64,000 bases of DNA from an uncultured Alphaproteobacteria bacterium (GTDB lineage Bacteria > Pseudomonadota > Alphaproteobacteria > Rs-D84), in the NCBI GenBank assembly GCA_934232895.1, contig CAKQGH010000005.1:1422-65421 (forward strand), written 5' to 3'. This document shows positions 36,656-45,802 of this stretch, one piece after another (positions within the stretch are counted from its first letter, which is position 1; the number at the start of each line of letters is the position of its first letter). The position numbers and the translations under genes were made by a program. The notes beneath the pieces were generated by a model that did no database searches, was not told the origin of the DNA, and saw only the letters and a program-made list of their open reading frames with translations.

Positions 36656-36847
36656 AAATAAAAGTGCCCTGCGACAGCGGGGTAATTTTATTTTGCTGTA
36701 TGTCACATGGGGAATCGAACCCTTTGCCGCGCCACGGCATGCCCCACCACAATACCAATGAATATATCCGCCAATGATGAATATTTCTTATTCGCCTTGG
36801 GTTTCGGGCAAGCCCCACCCAACCCATCCGGCGATTTTTATTTTGCG

Positions 36848-36877
36848 TTGGATTTTTTGATTATTTTATTCTAGAAT
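36848..36877 (+). promoter_or_regulatory. Putative sigma70-type promoter for leader L2 and the XRE gene
   Basis: TTGGAT (36848-36853) and TAGAAT (36872-36877) are separated by an 18-nt spacer. Confidence 0.4.
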
Positions 36878-36950
36878 ATCCGCTGTAATAGGCGACCTAT
36901 TATACGAGAATGATAAGCTCGGCAAAAACCGCCTGCGCAGGCGTAAAATG

Positions 36951-37056
36951 CTCCAACATCGTCGGTTGGAGGGTGGTCGAATATATTGAATAGACCAACA
37001 TGTGTTTTTGCATGCTTATCAACTCCAACCGCCTTGATACATCGGGCGGTGTTTTT
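36951..37056 (+). promoter_or_regulatory. Structured leader RNA element L2 with terminator, upstream of the XRE regulator gene
   Basis: The segments are CTCCAAC (A), GGTTGGAG (B) and CTCCAACC (C), then ACCGCC-loop-GGCGGT and a T-run. Long blocks are shared with L1: GTTGGAG, GAATATA..GAATA, and TTATCAA(A)CTCCAACC. Confidence 0.5.
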
Positions 37057-37080
37057 ATATATAACCCCAAGGAGCAAAAT

Positions 37081-37425
37081 ATGTCTGGGCAAACACGCAA
37101 TGCAAACGATTTCAACACCAGGCTGGGTCGCGCCATAGCCGTGCAACGCGCACGTATGGGCATGTCACAGAAAGATTTATCTAAATTACTGGAGGTGTCG
37201 TTTCAACAAATTCAAAAATATGAATCCGGCGGCAATCGTTTCCCGGTTGCGCGCTTGCATGAACTGTGCAAATTATGGGACATTGGCATCGGCACCATTA
37301 TTGGCGAGACCGAACAAGAATACGCCCACGACAAACAAATGACCATGCTGATTCAAAATATATATAAACTGTCGCGGGACAATCGGAAAATAATTACCAC
37401 ACTGGTTGATGCATTGGCGAAATAG
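37081..37425 (+). CDS. XRE-family helix-turn-helix transcriptional regulator
   Basis: The RBS is aaggag. The HTH reads MSQKDLSKLLEVSFQQIQKYESGGNR. Confidence 0.85.
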   Translation: MSGQTRNANDFNTRLGRAIAVQRARMGMSQKDLSKLLEVSFQQIQKYESGGNRFPVARLHELCKLWDIGIGTIIGETEQEYAHDKQMTMLIQNIYKLSRDNRKIITTLVDALAK

Positions 37426-37428
37426 TAT

Positions 37429-38157
37429 TTATTTCGCGTTATACAGTTTATCGTATTCGACTTTCACCGCATCCATTAACTCGCGTTGTGGCGAGCGATA
37501 TTCGGTATGAAATATTTCAGAAAAATCACGAAATGCGCAATCCTCCCAATCAATAAACGATGTTATGTTCATTGTTTTTGGGTCAATCATAAAATTATCA
37601 ACTATATCACCCTGGAACCATCCGTATGCATATCCTGGTTTTGCATCGGGCGATGGTTTTAAATCACGAATTTCAACTGGATCGACACTGGCAATTTCAA
37701 AGATAAATTTTGCAATTTGGCGCGCCAATTTTGTTTTATGTTTTAATATCTTTTCCGCCGGGAATGTGCGCAGCCCGCGTCCAGACACAAAATCATATTT
37801 GCGAACAATATCGTCACCGTTATGCAACAATTCAACCGATGGTGTGTATGTCGTGCTGTATGGAGCCAGTGCATCGACCACGCGTTTTTCGCGTACCGCC
37901 AACTCGCGATAATCCGCACGTTTTAACGGGAATTTGAACACATATTTGTCATTTGCACTGATTATCAAACTGCGTGCCATAAATCCAACAAACACGCGCA
38001 CACGGCGAATACGTTCGGGCGTACACCGACGAACGAAATGCAATTCTGCAACAAATGGCGAATTCAATATCGCGCGAACTTTTTTACGACGCGCAACACC
38101 CGGGATAAAACCACAGATTGCGTTGGTAATAAAATGCGGCAATGAACGAAAAAACAT
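37429..38157 (-). CDS. Phosphotransferase (APH/choline-kinase-like) family protein
   Basis: The kinase-like catalytic region reads WFQGDIVDNFMID...SFIDWEDCAF. Confidence 0.7.
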   Translation of the reverse strand: MFFRSLPHFITNAICGFIPGVARRKKVRAILNSPFVAELHFVRRCTPERIRRVRVFVGFMARSLIISANDKYVFKFPLKRADYRELAVREKRVVDALAPYSTTYTPSVELLHNGDDIVRKYDFVSGRGLRTFPAEKILKHKTKLARQIAKFIFEIASVDPVEIRDLKPSPDAKPGYAYGWFQGDIVDNFMIDPKTMNITSFIDWEDCAFRDFSEIFHTEYRSPQRELMDAVKVEYDKLYNAK

Positions 38158-38164
38158 ATTTCAC

Positions 38165-38554
38165 CTATCCAATGGTCAAAATTTGTTTTGCATCCATCAA
38201 CATATCGATAACATCGGAAATTTCAGATGCCGATGCAACGGCGCGTGGCTGTGCATCAGTGCGGGGCCCCGCAACCGGCGCGACCGGGGATATGGTCGAC
38301 GCATCATCTGGGAACACGCCATCACGCATCATTTTTTTTACGCCCGCAATGGTCATACCACGGTTATACAATAAATCCTTGATAACGACCAGGCGATTTA
38401 CCGTTTCGGTTCGATAATACCGGCGCCCACCCGCGCCCGTTGTCGGCTTTATCGCCACCGGGAATTGTTTTTCCCAATAACGCAGGGTATGCGCCGGTAC
38501 ATTCAACCGTTTTGAAACATCGTTTATAGATGCAAAATATTCATTGTTTTCCAT
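38165..38554 (-). CDS. MerR family transcriptional regulator
   Basis: The sequence is SINDVSKRLNVPAHTLRYWEKQFP...RRYYRTETV. Confidence 0.88.
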   Translation of the reverse strand: MENNEYFASINDVSKRLNVPAHTLRYWEKQFPVAIKPTTGAGGRRYYRTETVNRLVVIKDLLYNRGMTIAGVKKMMRDGVFPDDASTISPVAPVAGPRTDAQPRAVASASEISDVIDMLMDAKQILTIG

Positions 38555-38572
38555 GTACCGGCCCCCACATTA

Positions 38573-41317
38573 TTATTCGGATATAGCGGCGGCGTCGGCT
38601 TCGACCTCGGCCGCTTCGCCTTCGTCACTGACGATTGAAATTGCCGACACAACGCGTTCATTTTCGCCCGTGCGGAACAATGTCACACCCGCCGTACTGC
38701 GTCCGGCAATGCGAACATCATCAACCGGTGTGCGAATGATTTTGCCGCCATCGGTCACCATCATAACATCGTGACCATTTTCAACCGGGAACGAACCCGC
38801 AACCGCGGTGTTTTTACCGCCCAGTTTGATGTTGGTAAATCCGTTACCGCCACGATGTGTTGTGCGATATTCGTATGCACTGGTGCGTTTACCAAAACCA
38901 TTTTCAGATATGGTCAAAATAAACTGTTCGTCCGCCGCCATACGCGCCATTTGTTCATCAGACAGCACCAACGATGTTGTGGTATCTTCGTCATCAGATG
39001 CCTCTTCTTCGACGCCAGTTGCGGCACGACGCAATGCGCGCGACTGTTTAATATACGCGGCGCGAACGGTTGCATCCGATTCGCCGTGCGTCAACATTGC
39101 CATACCGATAATACGGTCATCTGCGCCCAGGTTCATACCACGAACACCCGTCGAATTACGGCCCGCAAACACGCGGATTTCATTTACCGGGAATCGGATA
39201 CAGCGGCCACGATATGTTGCCAAGAACACATCCTGGGATTCATTGCACGGCAAAACAGAAATCAAACTGTCACCATCGTCCAATTTCATTGCAATTTTAC
39301 CGTTTGCACGAATTGAATCAAAATCAGACATCCGGTTACGACGCACCGTGCCCGACGCGGTTGCAAACATCAGATAATGTTCCGTACCCGATGCGCGAAC
39401 GCGTTCAACTTCTTCCTCGGGTACTGGCAAGATTGCGGTTATTGTTTCGCCATTTTCCAACGGCAACAGGTTGACCAGCGGACGTCCCTTGGCCGCGGCG
39501 GCGGCTTCTGGCAACTTATAGGTTTTCAGTTTATAGCACAAACCCTTGGAGCTGAAGAACAACAGCGGTGTATGCGTGTTTGCCACGAACACCTGGACAA
39601 CATAGTCGTCGTCCTTGGTCGTCATTGCATTGCGGCCCTTGCCCCCGCGTTTTTGTGCGCGATATGTATCCAACGACACGCGTTTGATGTACCCAGTGTT
39701 CGACACGGTGATAACCATATCTTCGCGTGCAATCAAATCTTCGACATCAATATCAATTTCTGCATCGGAAATTTCGGTACGACGTGGCGATGCCCAGTTA
39801 TCACGCACCGATGCGGTTTCATCGCGAATAATTTGGATGATGCGCTCGTGGCTGCCCAGAATATCCAACAGGTCTTTAATCAGTGCGCCCAGTTCGGTCA
39901 AATCGGCATGAATCTTGTCACGTTCCAACCCGGTCAGACGATGCAATTGCAATTCCAGAATCGCGCGCGCCTGGTCTTCGGACATATAGAACATGCCATC
40001 TTTGTATTCTGTATTCGGATCGTCAATCAGTTGAATATACGATTCAATATCCGACGCACGCCAACCGCGTGAAATCAATGCCTCGCGCGCGGCGTCTGGA
40101 TTCGGACTGGATTTAATCAGTTCAATGACATCGTCCAGATTACCAACCGCCACCGACAGCCCCAGTAACGTGTGTGCACGCGCACGCGCCTTGTTCAAAT
40201 CGAAAATCGTGCGACGACGAATAACCTCGCACCGGAAATCAATGAACGCGTCCAGAACGCCACGGATATTGAACAACATCGGGCGACCACGATTTAACGC
40301 CATCATGTTGACCGGGAAATTCGTCTGCATTTCTGTGTATTGAAACAAATGATTCAATACAACATCAGCAATCGCGTCGCGTTTTAATTCGATAACGATG
40401 CGCAGTCCTTCCTTGGATGATTCATCGCGGATTTCAGAAATCCCTTCGATGCGTTTATCTTTTATCAATTCGGCGATTTTGATAATCATTTGCGCCTTGT
40501 TGACCTGGTATGGAATCTCATCAACAACAATCGCATCGTGATCATGGAATTTTTCCATGTGTGTTTTTGCACGAACAATAATAGAACCACGTCCGGTCGT
40601 ATGCGCCTTGTATGCGCCAGCACGCCCCATGATTACCGCACCTGTCGGGAAATCAGGTCCCGGGATAATGCCAAACAATTCGTCATCCGACAAATCCTTG
40701 TTATCCAGGATTGCCAAAATACCATTACAAATTTCGCCCAGGTTATATGTCGGAACATTTGTCGCCATACCAACCGCAATACCAGAACCACCATTTACCA
40801 AGAAATTCGGGAACTTGGTTGGCAGGACAACAGGCTCTTGCAATGAACCATCAAAGTTTGGTTGCCAATCAACGGTGTCTTTGTCCATATCGTCCATCAG
40901 CGACGCACCCAGTTTGGACAGGCGTGCCTCGGTATAACGCATGGCCGCGGGCTTATCGCCATCGCGCGAACCAAAGTTACCTTGGCCCTGGACCAGCGTT
41001 TCGCCCATGGAAAAATCCTGGGCCATACGGGCCATTGCGTCATAAATAGAACTGTCCCCATGGGGATGGTATTTACCCATAACCTCGCCCACGATACGGG
41101 CCGATTTAACGGTTGGCTTGGTTGCCGGGGCAACATCGTTCATAACATACAAAATACGGCGATGCACCGGTTTGCAACCGTCGCGAACATCAGGCAACGC
41201 GCGGTCAACAATAACCGACATGGCGTAATCCAGAAAGCTGGTCCGCATTTCATGTTCAATCGAAGACTGCGGAATTTTCATCGCGCCGTTTTCATTATTA
41301 TTGATAATTTCGTCCAT
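38573..41317 (-). CDS. gyrA: DNA gyrase subunit A
   Basis: The start at MDEIINN (41317) is preferred. It reads FLDYAMSVIVDRALPDVRDGCKPVHRRILY, has the active-site region AAMRYTEARL, and has C-terminal beta-pinwheel repeats. Confidence 0.96.
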   Translation of the reverse strand: MDEIINNNENGAMKIPQSSIEHEMRTSFLDYAMSVIVDRALPDVRDGCKPVHRRILYVMNDVAPATKPTVKSARIVGEVMGKYHPHGDSSIYDAMARMAQDFSMGETLVQGQGNFGSRDGDKPAAMRYTEARLSKLGASLMDDMDKDTVDWQPNFDGSLQEPVVLPTKFPNFLVNGGSGIAVGMATNVPTYNLGEICNGILAILDNKDLSDDELFGIIPGPDFPTGAVIMGRAGAYKAHTTGRGSIIVRAKTHMEKFHDHDAIVVDEIPYQVNKAQMIIKIAELIKDKRIEGISEIRDESSKEGLRIVIELKRDAIADVVLNHLFQYTEMQTNFPVNMMALNRGRPMLFNIRGVLDAFIDFRCEVIRRRTIFDLNKARARAHTLLGLSVAVGNLDDVIELIKSSPNPDAAREALISRGWRASDIESYIQLIDDPNTEYKDGMFYMSEDQARAILELQLHRLTGLERDKIHADLTELGALIKDLLDILGSHERIIQIIRDETASVRDNWASPRRTEISDAEIDIDVEDLIAREDMVITVSNTGYIKRVSLDTYRAQKRGGKGRNAMTTKDDDYVVQVFVANTHTPLLFFSSKGLCYKLKTYKLPEAAAAAKGRPLVNLLPLENGETITAILPVPEEEVERVRASGTEHYLMFATASGTVRRNRMSDFDSIRANGKIAMKLDDGDSLISVLPCNESQDVFLATYRGRCIRFPVNEIRVFAGRNSTGVRGMNLGADDRIIGMAMLTHGESDATVRAAYIKQSRALRRAATGVEEEASDDEDTTTSLVLSDEQMARMAADEQFILTISENGFGKRTSAYEYRTTHRGGNGFTNIKLGGKNTAVAGSFPVENGHDVMMVTDGGKIIRTPVDDVRIAGRSTAGVTLFRTGENERVVSAISIVSDEGEAAEVEADAAAISE

Positions 41318-41399
41318 ACTAATTTTTCCCCTATTTTCGATAGTGACAACATAGCAAATTTTTAGGCTTTTGGTCAAGAAATAAACCCCAAAAAACACA

Positions 41400-41427
41400 T
41401 TGACAAAAGCGGTCTTTGTGATATTCT
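41400..41427 (+). promoter_or_regulatory. Putative sigma70-type promoter very close to the 41438 ATG
   Basis: TTGACA (41400-41405) and TATTCT (41422-41427) are separated by a 16-nt spacer. The ATG lies only 10 nt past the -10 element. Confidence 0.45.
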
Positions 41428-41437
41428 GAAAATCGCT

Positions 41438-41623
41438 ATGGGAAAACTGAAAAACGCAATTCAACGAATTCATGACGACGCCGATCGCGCGTTGGACGAT
41501 GTGGATTCAAACGATTACATGAGCCGCAGTCATCTATGTATGACATATTTGAACACGGAATTGTGCCTGCGTATTTTCGACAAATTTTCCGCAATTGCAA
41601 AAAAAATGCAACGTACCAGATAA
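41438..41623 (+). CDS. Hypothetical small protein (61 aa), possibly leaderless
   Basis: The ORF starts MGKLKNAIQRIHDDADRALDD... It has no SD but a near-consensus promoter directly upstream. Confidence 0.35.
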   Translation: MGKLKNAIQRIHDDADRALDDVDSNDYMSRSHLCMTYLNTELCLRIFDKFSAIAKKMQRTR

Positions 41624-41793
41624 AAAACCGGGGAATAAACAGATGTTTTTACCATTTTGGCGGCTGTTTTCATTGCTTTTCACATATTACCTGATGATGG
41701 AGGGCTTGGCCAAACTGGGATTGGTAAAATCTAAATAAAAAGGTTGCGTTTTATAAAAACCTGTGGTTAAATATACGCGCAAAAGGATTTATT

Positions 41794-41946
41794 ATGGCAA
41801 CAAAACGTACATATCAACCGTCAAAAACTCGTCGCGTGCATACGCACGGTTTTCGCGAAAGAATGGCAACCAAGGGCGGACGCGAGGTTTTGAATCGTCG
41901 TCGTGCGACGGGGCGTAAACGCCTGGCCGTCAGTGCTGCTAATTAA
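41794..41946 (+). CDS. rpmH: 50S ribosomal protein L34
   Basis: Hand translation gives [50 protein letters not shown]. It is below the ORF-track length cut-off. Confidence 0.9.
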   Translation: MATKRTYQPSKTRRVHTHGFRERMATKGGREVLNRRRATGRKRLAVSAAN

Positions 41947-41972
41947 AAAATCCGCCAATCGGCGGTTTTTTT
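41945..41972 (+). terminator. Intrinsic terminator after rpmH
   Basis: The sequence is aaaaaatccgcc-aatc-ggcggttttttt. Confidence 0.7.
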
Positions 41973-41975
41973 ATT

Positions 41976-42072
41976 AAAGTTCAAATAGCAAAGTGCAAAG
42001 TTCAAATAATGTGTGCACCATTCGGCGCACTGCTTTATTCATTTGAACTTTGAACTCTGAACTTTGAACTTT
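41976..42072. repeat. Heptamer-repeat inverted repeat (about 97 nt)
   Basis: The left arm is GTTCAAA TAGCAAA GTGCAAA GTTCAAA. The right arm is TTTGAAC TTTGAAC TCTGAAC TTTGAAC. A central hairpin GTGCACC-attc-GGCGCAC lies between them. Confidence 0.7.
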
Positions 42073-42074
42073 AT

Positions 42075-42100
42075 AAAAACGGGGCAGTGCCCCGTTTTTA
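42075..42100. terminator. Bidirectional intrinsic terminator after the thioesterase gene
   Basis: The sequence is aaaaacgggg-cagtg-ccccgttttt. Confidence 0.7.
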
Positions 42101-42823
42101 TTTTTCCCATGTACAAATAACAGATGCGTGTTCGGTGTCACCCGTGCGAATTTTATGATATGACACATCGCCATCTATTTTGACATCTATTTCAACCTGG
42201 GGCGTGTCGGGGTTGATTTCCTTTTTGAAATTTAATTCAATCGCGCGCAATTTATGTTCGTTGCGGTACGCATACCCAACACTTTCGGTTGCCCACACGG
42301 CGTAAACCGCATTGTTTATATGCTGGTTCACATCAATATCATCAAACCGGCATTTGAACACATGCGTTTTTTCGGGCATGAAATCGGGGAATTTACAAAA
42401 TATGCGGTCCCATGCGCGTGCACCGTTTTGCACCAGCGTTGGCACGGCATCATCCAGACGCACCGGGCGGCGCGTTGCCATATCAATTAAAACCCACTGG
42501 GATGTTGCACGCACCATCAGGCGCCCGTCCGACCCACGAATTTCAAAATCGCGTGTGGCACGCAGCAATTCCTTCATTGATGGCCATGTTGAAAATGTCA
42601 GTTCCTCGCCCTCGCGTGGTAATTCAATGATGTCGACCAAATAATGCGTGACGACCCACGCCATATTGTGCTCGGTCAAAAAAGTACGACCACACCCCAA
42701 CATTTCGGCATGCGTATCGGCACAACCCTGTAATTCATTCATCAAAATCAACGGACGAACAAATCCATATCGGTCGCACTGGTATGTTTGCAAAATGCGT
42801 TTTACAATCAGTTTTTCAGACAC
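42098..42823 (-). CDS. Acyl-ACP thioesterase family protein
   Basis: The double hot-dog pattern reads MNELQGCADTHAEMLG...HNMAWVVTHY...DIDVNQHINNAVYAVW. A GTG at 42823, just after the valS stop, is the likely start. The ATG-initiated ORF extends to 42886. Confidence 0.8.
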   Translation of the reverse strand: MSEKLIVKRILQTYQCDRYGFVRPLILMNELQGCADTHAEMLGCGRTFLTEHNMAWVVTHYLVDIIELPREGEELTFSTWPSMKELLRATRDFEIRGSDGRLMVRATSQWVLIDMATRRPVRLDDAVPTLVQNGARAWDRIFCKFPDFMPEKTHVFKCRFDDIDVNQHINNAVYAVWATESVGYAYRNEHKLRAIELNFKKEINPDTPQVEIDVKIDGDVSYHKIRTGDTEHASVICTWEK

Positions 42824-42827
42824 CGCA

Positions 42828-45230
42828 TTACCCCTGGATATTCTGTGCAACAACAAAATCAACCGCGTCGCCCAACACGATTTCATTCGCGCGCGCGGCG
42901 GATTTAATCACACCATGCAGTGCCGCGGGCGTTGTCGCCGGAATTGTCAATGTTTCCAATTTTGCACCGTTGCCAACCTTGCGATCGGTCCGCAGGCCAC
43001 GAACACTGCGCAATATATCCAGCGCAACCTGCATGTCGTGAACATCGGTGTCGCGCGCCGCGTCCACCGCCGGGAATGCCGTCAGGTGCAATGTTTCGCC
43101 GCCCTCGTACTGTTTATAAATTTTTTGCCACAGTTCCTCGGTCAGGAACGGGATAAACGGTGCATATAATCCGATGATGGCGCGTAAAACCTCGAACAAA
43201 GTCCATTGCGCGGCCAATTTTGAATTCGCATCGTATTTTTCTGGTGACCAGAAACGATCCTTGATAAATTCCAAATACTGGTCACAGAACACCTCGTAAA
43301 AGAATGTGTCAATGGCGGCACGAGAATTATAGTTATCATATTTATCCAAATTGCGACGGACATCTGCGATTGTTTTGTTCAATTCCGACAACACCCATCT
43401 GTCTTCGATATGGCGATTGGCGGGCGCAATTTGCGCGGCCGTTTTCGGATCAAAATCGGTCAGGTTCATCAATGTGTATTTTGCCGCATTCCACAATTTG
43501 GTCAGCAGTTTTGAACCACGTTTAACCTCGTCATCACTGTAACGAATATCGGTTCCAATTGGTGCCGTTGCAATCCAATAACGCAACGCATCCACACCGA
43601 ATTTATCAACCGTGGTCAGGGGATCCGTGCCATTGCCCTTGGTCTTGGACATCTTTTGCCCCTTGGCATCACGAACCAGGCCGTGGAAATTCACCGTATG
43701 GAACGGAACATCGCCCATAACATAGATGCCCATCATAATCATACGCGCAACCCAGAAGAAAATAATATCCGCGCCGGTGTACAGCAAATCGGTCGGATAA
43801 TATTTTGCCAATTCTGGTGTCTTTTCCGGCCAACCCAATGTTGAAAATGGCCACAATGATGACGAGAACCATGTATCCAGACATGACGCATCGCGGGTCA
43901 GTTCTTTGCCCCCCGATTGCGCAATGGCGTCTGCCTCGGTCTCGGCAACATAGATATTGCCATCGGCATCATACCATGCCGGAATCTGGTGTCCCCACCA
44001 CAGTTGGCGCGAAATTGACCATTCGTGAATATCACGCATCCACGCCATAAACAGGTTATAGCGGTGTTCGGGCATAAATTTAACCTGGCCGGCCTCGACC
44101 GCGGCGATGGCTTTCTCGGCCAATTTTGGTGCATCAACGAACCATTCATCACGCACCATATATTCGATAACAACATTACCGCGTTCGGAATATGGGGTTG
44201 GAATAATTTTGTCGTCAATTTTAATCATCAATCCGGCCGCATCCAAATCATTTATAATTTCGGCGCGTGCGGTAAAGCGGTCCATTCCGCGATATTTTTC
44301 GGGTACAACATCAATGTCCGCCATTTTGGCATCGCCGGTCAAAACGCACACCACCGGCAAATTGTGACGCAGACCAACCGCCCAGTCGTCCTTGTCATGC
44401 GCGGGGGTGATTTTCACCGCACCGGTACCCTTGTCCGGGTCGGCGTGCACATCGGCAATAACTGGGATTTCAATATTGGTCAATGGAATAATTGCCGTTT
44501 TACCAATCAAGTGTTTTAACTTTTCATTATCGGGATGAATTGCAATCGCCTGGTCGCCGAACAGCGTTTCCGGACGCGTTGTTGCAATGTCAATAAAACC
44601 ACCATCTTTTAATGGGTATTTGAAATAATAGAATTTACCGTGTTCTTCGCGAACCTCTACCTCCAAATCAGAAATAGATGTTTGCTGTTTTGGGCACCAG
44701 TTGACCAGACGACGCGCACGATAAATCAGCCCCTCGTTATACATTTTGACGAACAGTTTGTTCACCGCCGCCGATAATCCCGCATCCATTGTAAAGCGTT
44801 CACGCGACCACACCGGCGTCACGCCCAGTGTATGCAACTGTTTCATAATCTGGCCGCCCTTGTCCGCCTTCCATGCCCAGGCAATGTCCAATAATTCCTG
44901 TTTGGTTTTTGTACGGGGATTTATACCACGTTTAGACAGGTCGCGTTCCACCAACAATTGGGTTGCAATTGATGCATGGTCGGTCCCAGGTTGCCACAAA
45001 ACATCATAACCGCACATACGTTTATAGCGGCAAACTATATCGGTCAAAACATTGTCCAGCGCGTGCCCCATGTGCAGATTGCCCGTCACATTTGGTGGTG
45101 GCATCATGATGCAAAATGCCGGCTTGGTCGACGCGACATCATTATCCCAGAAATGGTTATTGTCCCAAAATTCCTGGATTTTCGTTTCAATTTCGCGTGC
45201 ATTGATGTTTTTGCCCAATTCAATATTCAT
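42828..45230 (-). CDS. valS: Valine--tRNA ligase (short form, about 800 aa)
   Basis: The HIGH region is PPPNVTGNLHMGHAL and KMSKS is KMSKTKGN. The start at MNIELGKN (45230) is preferred. Confidence 0.95.
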   Translation of the reverse strand: MNIELGKNINAREIETKIQEFWDNNHFWDNDVASTKPAFCIMMPPPNVTGNLHMGHALDNVLTDIVCRYKRMCGYDVLWQPGTDHASIATQLLVERDLSKRGINPRTKTKQELLDIAWAWKADKGGQIMKQLHTLGVTPVWSRERFTMDAGLSAAVNKLFVKMYNEGLIYRARRLVNWCPKQQTSISDLEVEVREEHGKFYYFKYPLKDGGFIDIATTRPETLFGDQAIAIHPDNEKLKHLIGKTAIIPLTNIEIPVIADVHADPDKGTGAVKITPAHDKDDWAVGLRHNLPVVCVLTGDAKMADIDVVPEKYRGMDRFTARAEIINDLDAAGLMIKIDDKIIPTPYSERGNVVIEYMVRDEWFVDAPKLAEKAIAAVEAGQVKFMPEHRYNLFMAWMRDIHEWSISRQLWWGHQIPAWYDADGNIYVAETEADAIAQSGGKELTRDASCLDTWFSSSLWPFSTLGWPEKTPELAKYYPTDLLYTGADIIFFWVARMIMMGIYVMGDVPFHTVNFHGLVRDAKGQKMSKTKGNGTDPLTTVDKFGVDALRYWIATAPIGTDIRYSDDEVKRGSKLLTKLWNAAKYTLMNLTDFDPKTAAQIAPANRHIEDRWVLSELNKTIADVRRNLDKYDNYNSRAAIDTFFYEVFCDQYLEFIKDRFWSPEKYDANSKLAAQWTLFEVLRAIIGLYAPFIPFLTEELWQKIYKQYEGGETLHLTAFPAVDAARDTDVHDMQVALDILRSVRGLRTDRKVGNGAKLETLTIPATTPAALHGVIKSAARANEIVLGDAVDFVVAQNIQG

Positions 45231-45388
45231 ATTTTTACCCCGAATAAATTTGTTCACATTTACCCGCAAATCGTATCAGATTTATTTCGGAATTCAAGCA
45301 CATACATACACCACAAGAACAGTGTTTTTACACACTTGACAAAAATAAAATATGTATTATATTATTCGCACATAAACAGGAAATGTAA

Positions 45389-45802
45389 ATGGACGAAGAA
45401 ACACTGGCCGGTTTGGAATATATTATCAAGCACGCACCGATATCCGTGCTGAACACAAACGGTCAAACATACTATTTGGCGGAATTTATCGACGACGATG
45501 GCGTCGAGACATCGGTAATGTTTTGCAGTGCCTTTTCCCATGTCGGCGCGACCGCCGTGTATGCAAAATACGCCGTATATATCAATGAAATGGAATTATT
45601 TTCGGTTGTAAAAAAAATACAGGAAATAAAATCGACCACGCGCAAGCCAAACCTGAATTCCCAGCAAGAACTGCTGGCCGAGGCGATACAATACCTGTTG
45701 TTCCTGTGTTCCCAAAAGGTTATCGCCCAAGAAGCAGAAGCCCAACGCAATGATATGGTAAAGGGCTTTTTTATGCAAAACAGTCAAAACATATACAATT
45801 AA
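45389..45802 (+). CDS. Hypothetical protein (137 aa)
   Basis: The ORF is clean with a plausible composition. I recognise no family. Confidence 0.55.
   Translation: MDEETLAGLEYIIKHAPISVLNTNGQTYYLAEFIDDDGVETSVMFCSAFSHVGATAVYAKYAVYINEMELFSVVKKIQEIKSTTRKPNLNSQQELLAEAIQYLLFLCSQKVIAQEAEAQRNDMVKGFFMQNSQNIYN

Noticed and set aside
36700-36775. A tRNA-like sequence on the minus strand just after tRNA-Glu, with a GGGTTCGATTCCCC T-arm core and a TACCAATGAAT D-arm-like stretch.
   Set aside because: The acceptor strands are not complementary (GGCGGAT versus TGTGACA). The T-stem has only 3 bp and no clean anticodon arm exists. It is at best a decayed tRNA fragment, not a gene.
41318-41793. A possible replication origin in the gyrA-rpmH divergent region.
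   Set aside because: Only two imperfect DnaA-box-like 9-mers are present (TGTGGATTC and TGTGGTTAA). There is no AT-rich unwinding repeat cluster and no dnaA or dnaN nearby.
41976-42072. The heptamer repeats as a CRISPR array or minisatellite.
   Set aside because: The repeat unit is only 7 nt with no spacers, and the arms are inverted relative to each other. No cas genes are present in the window.
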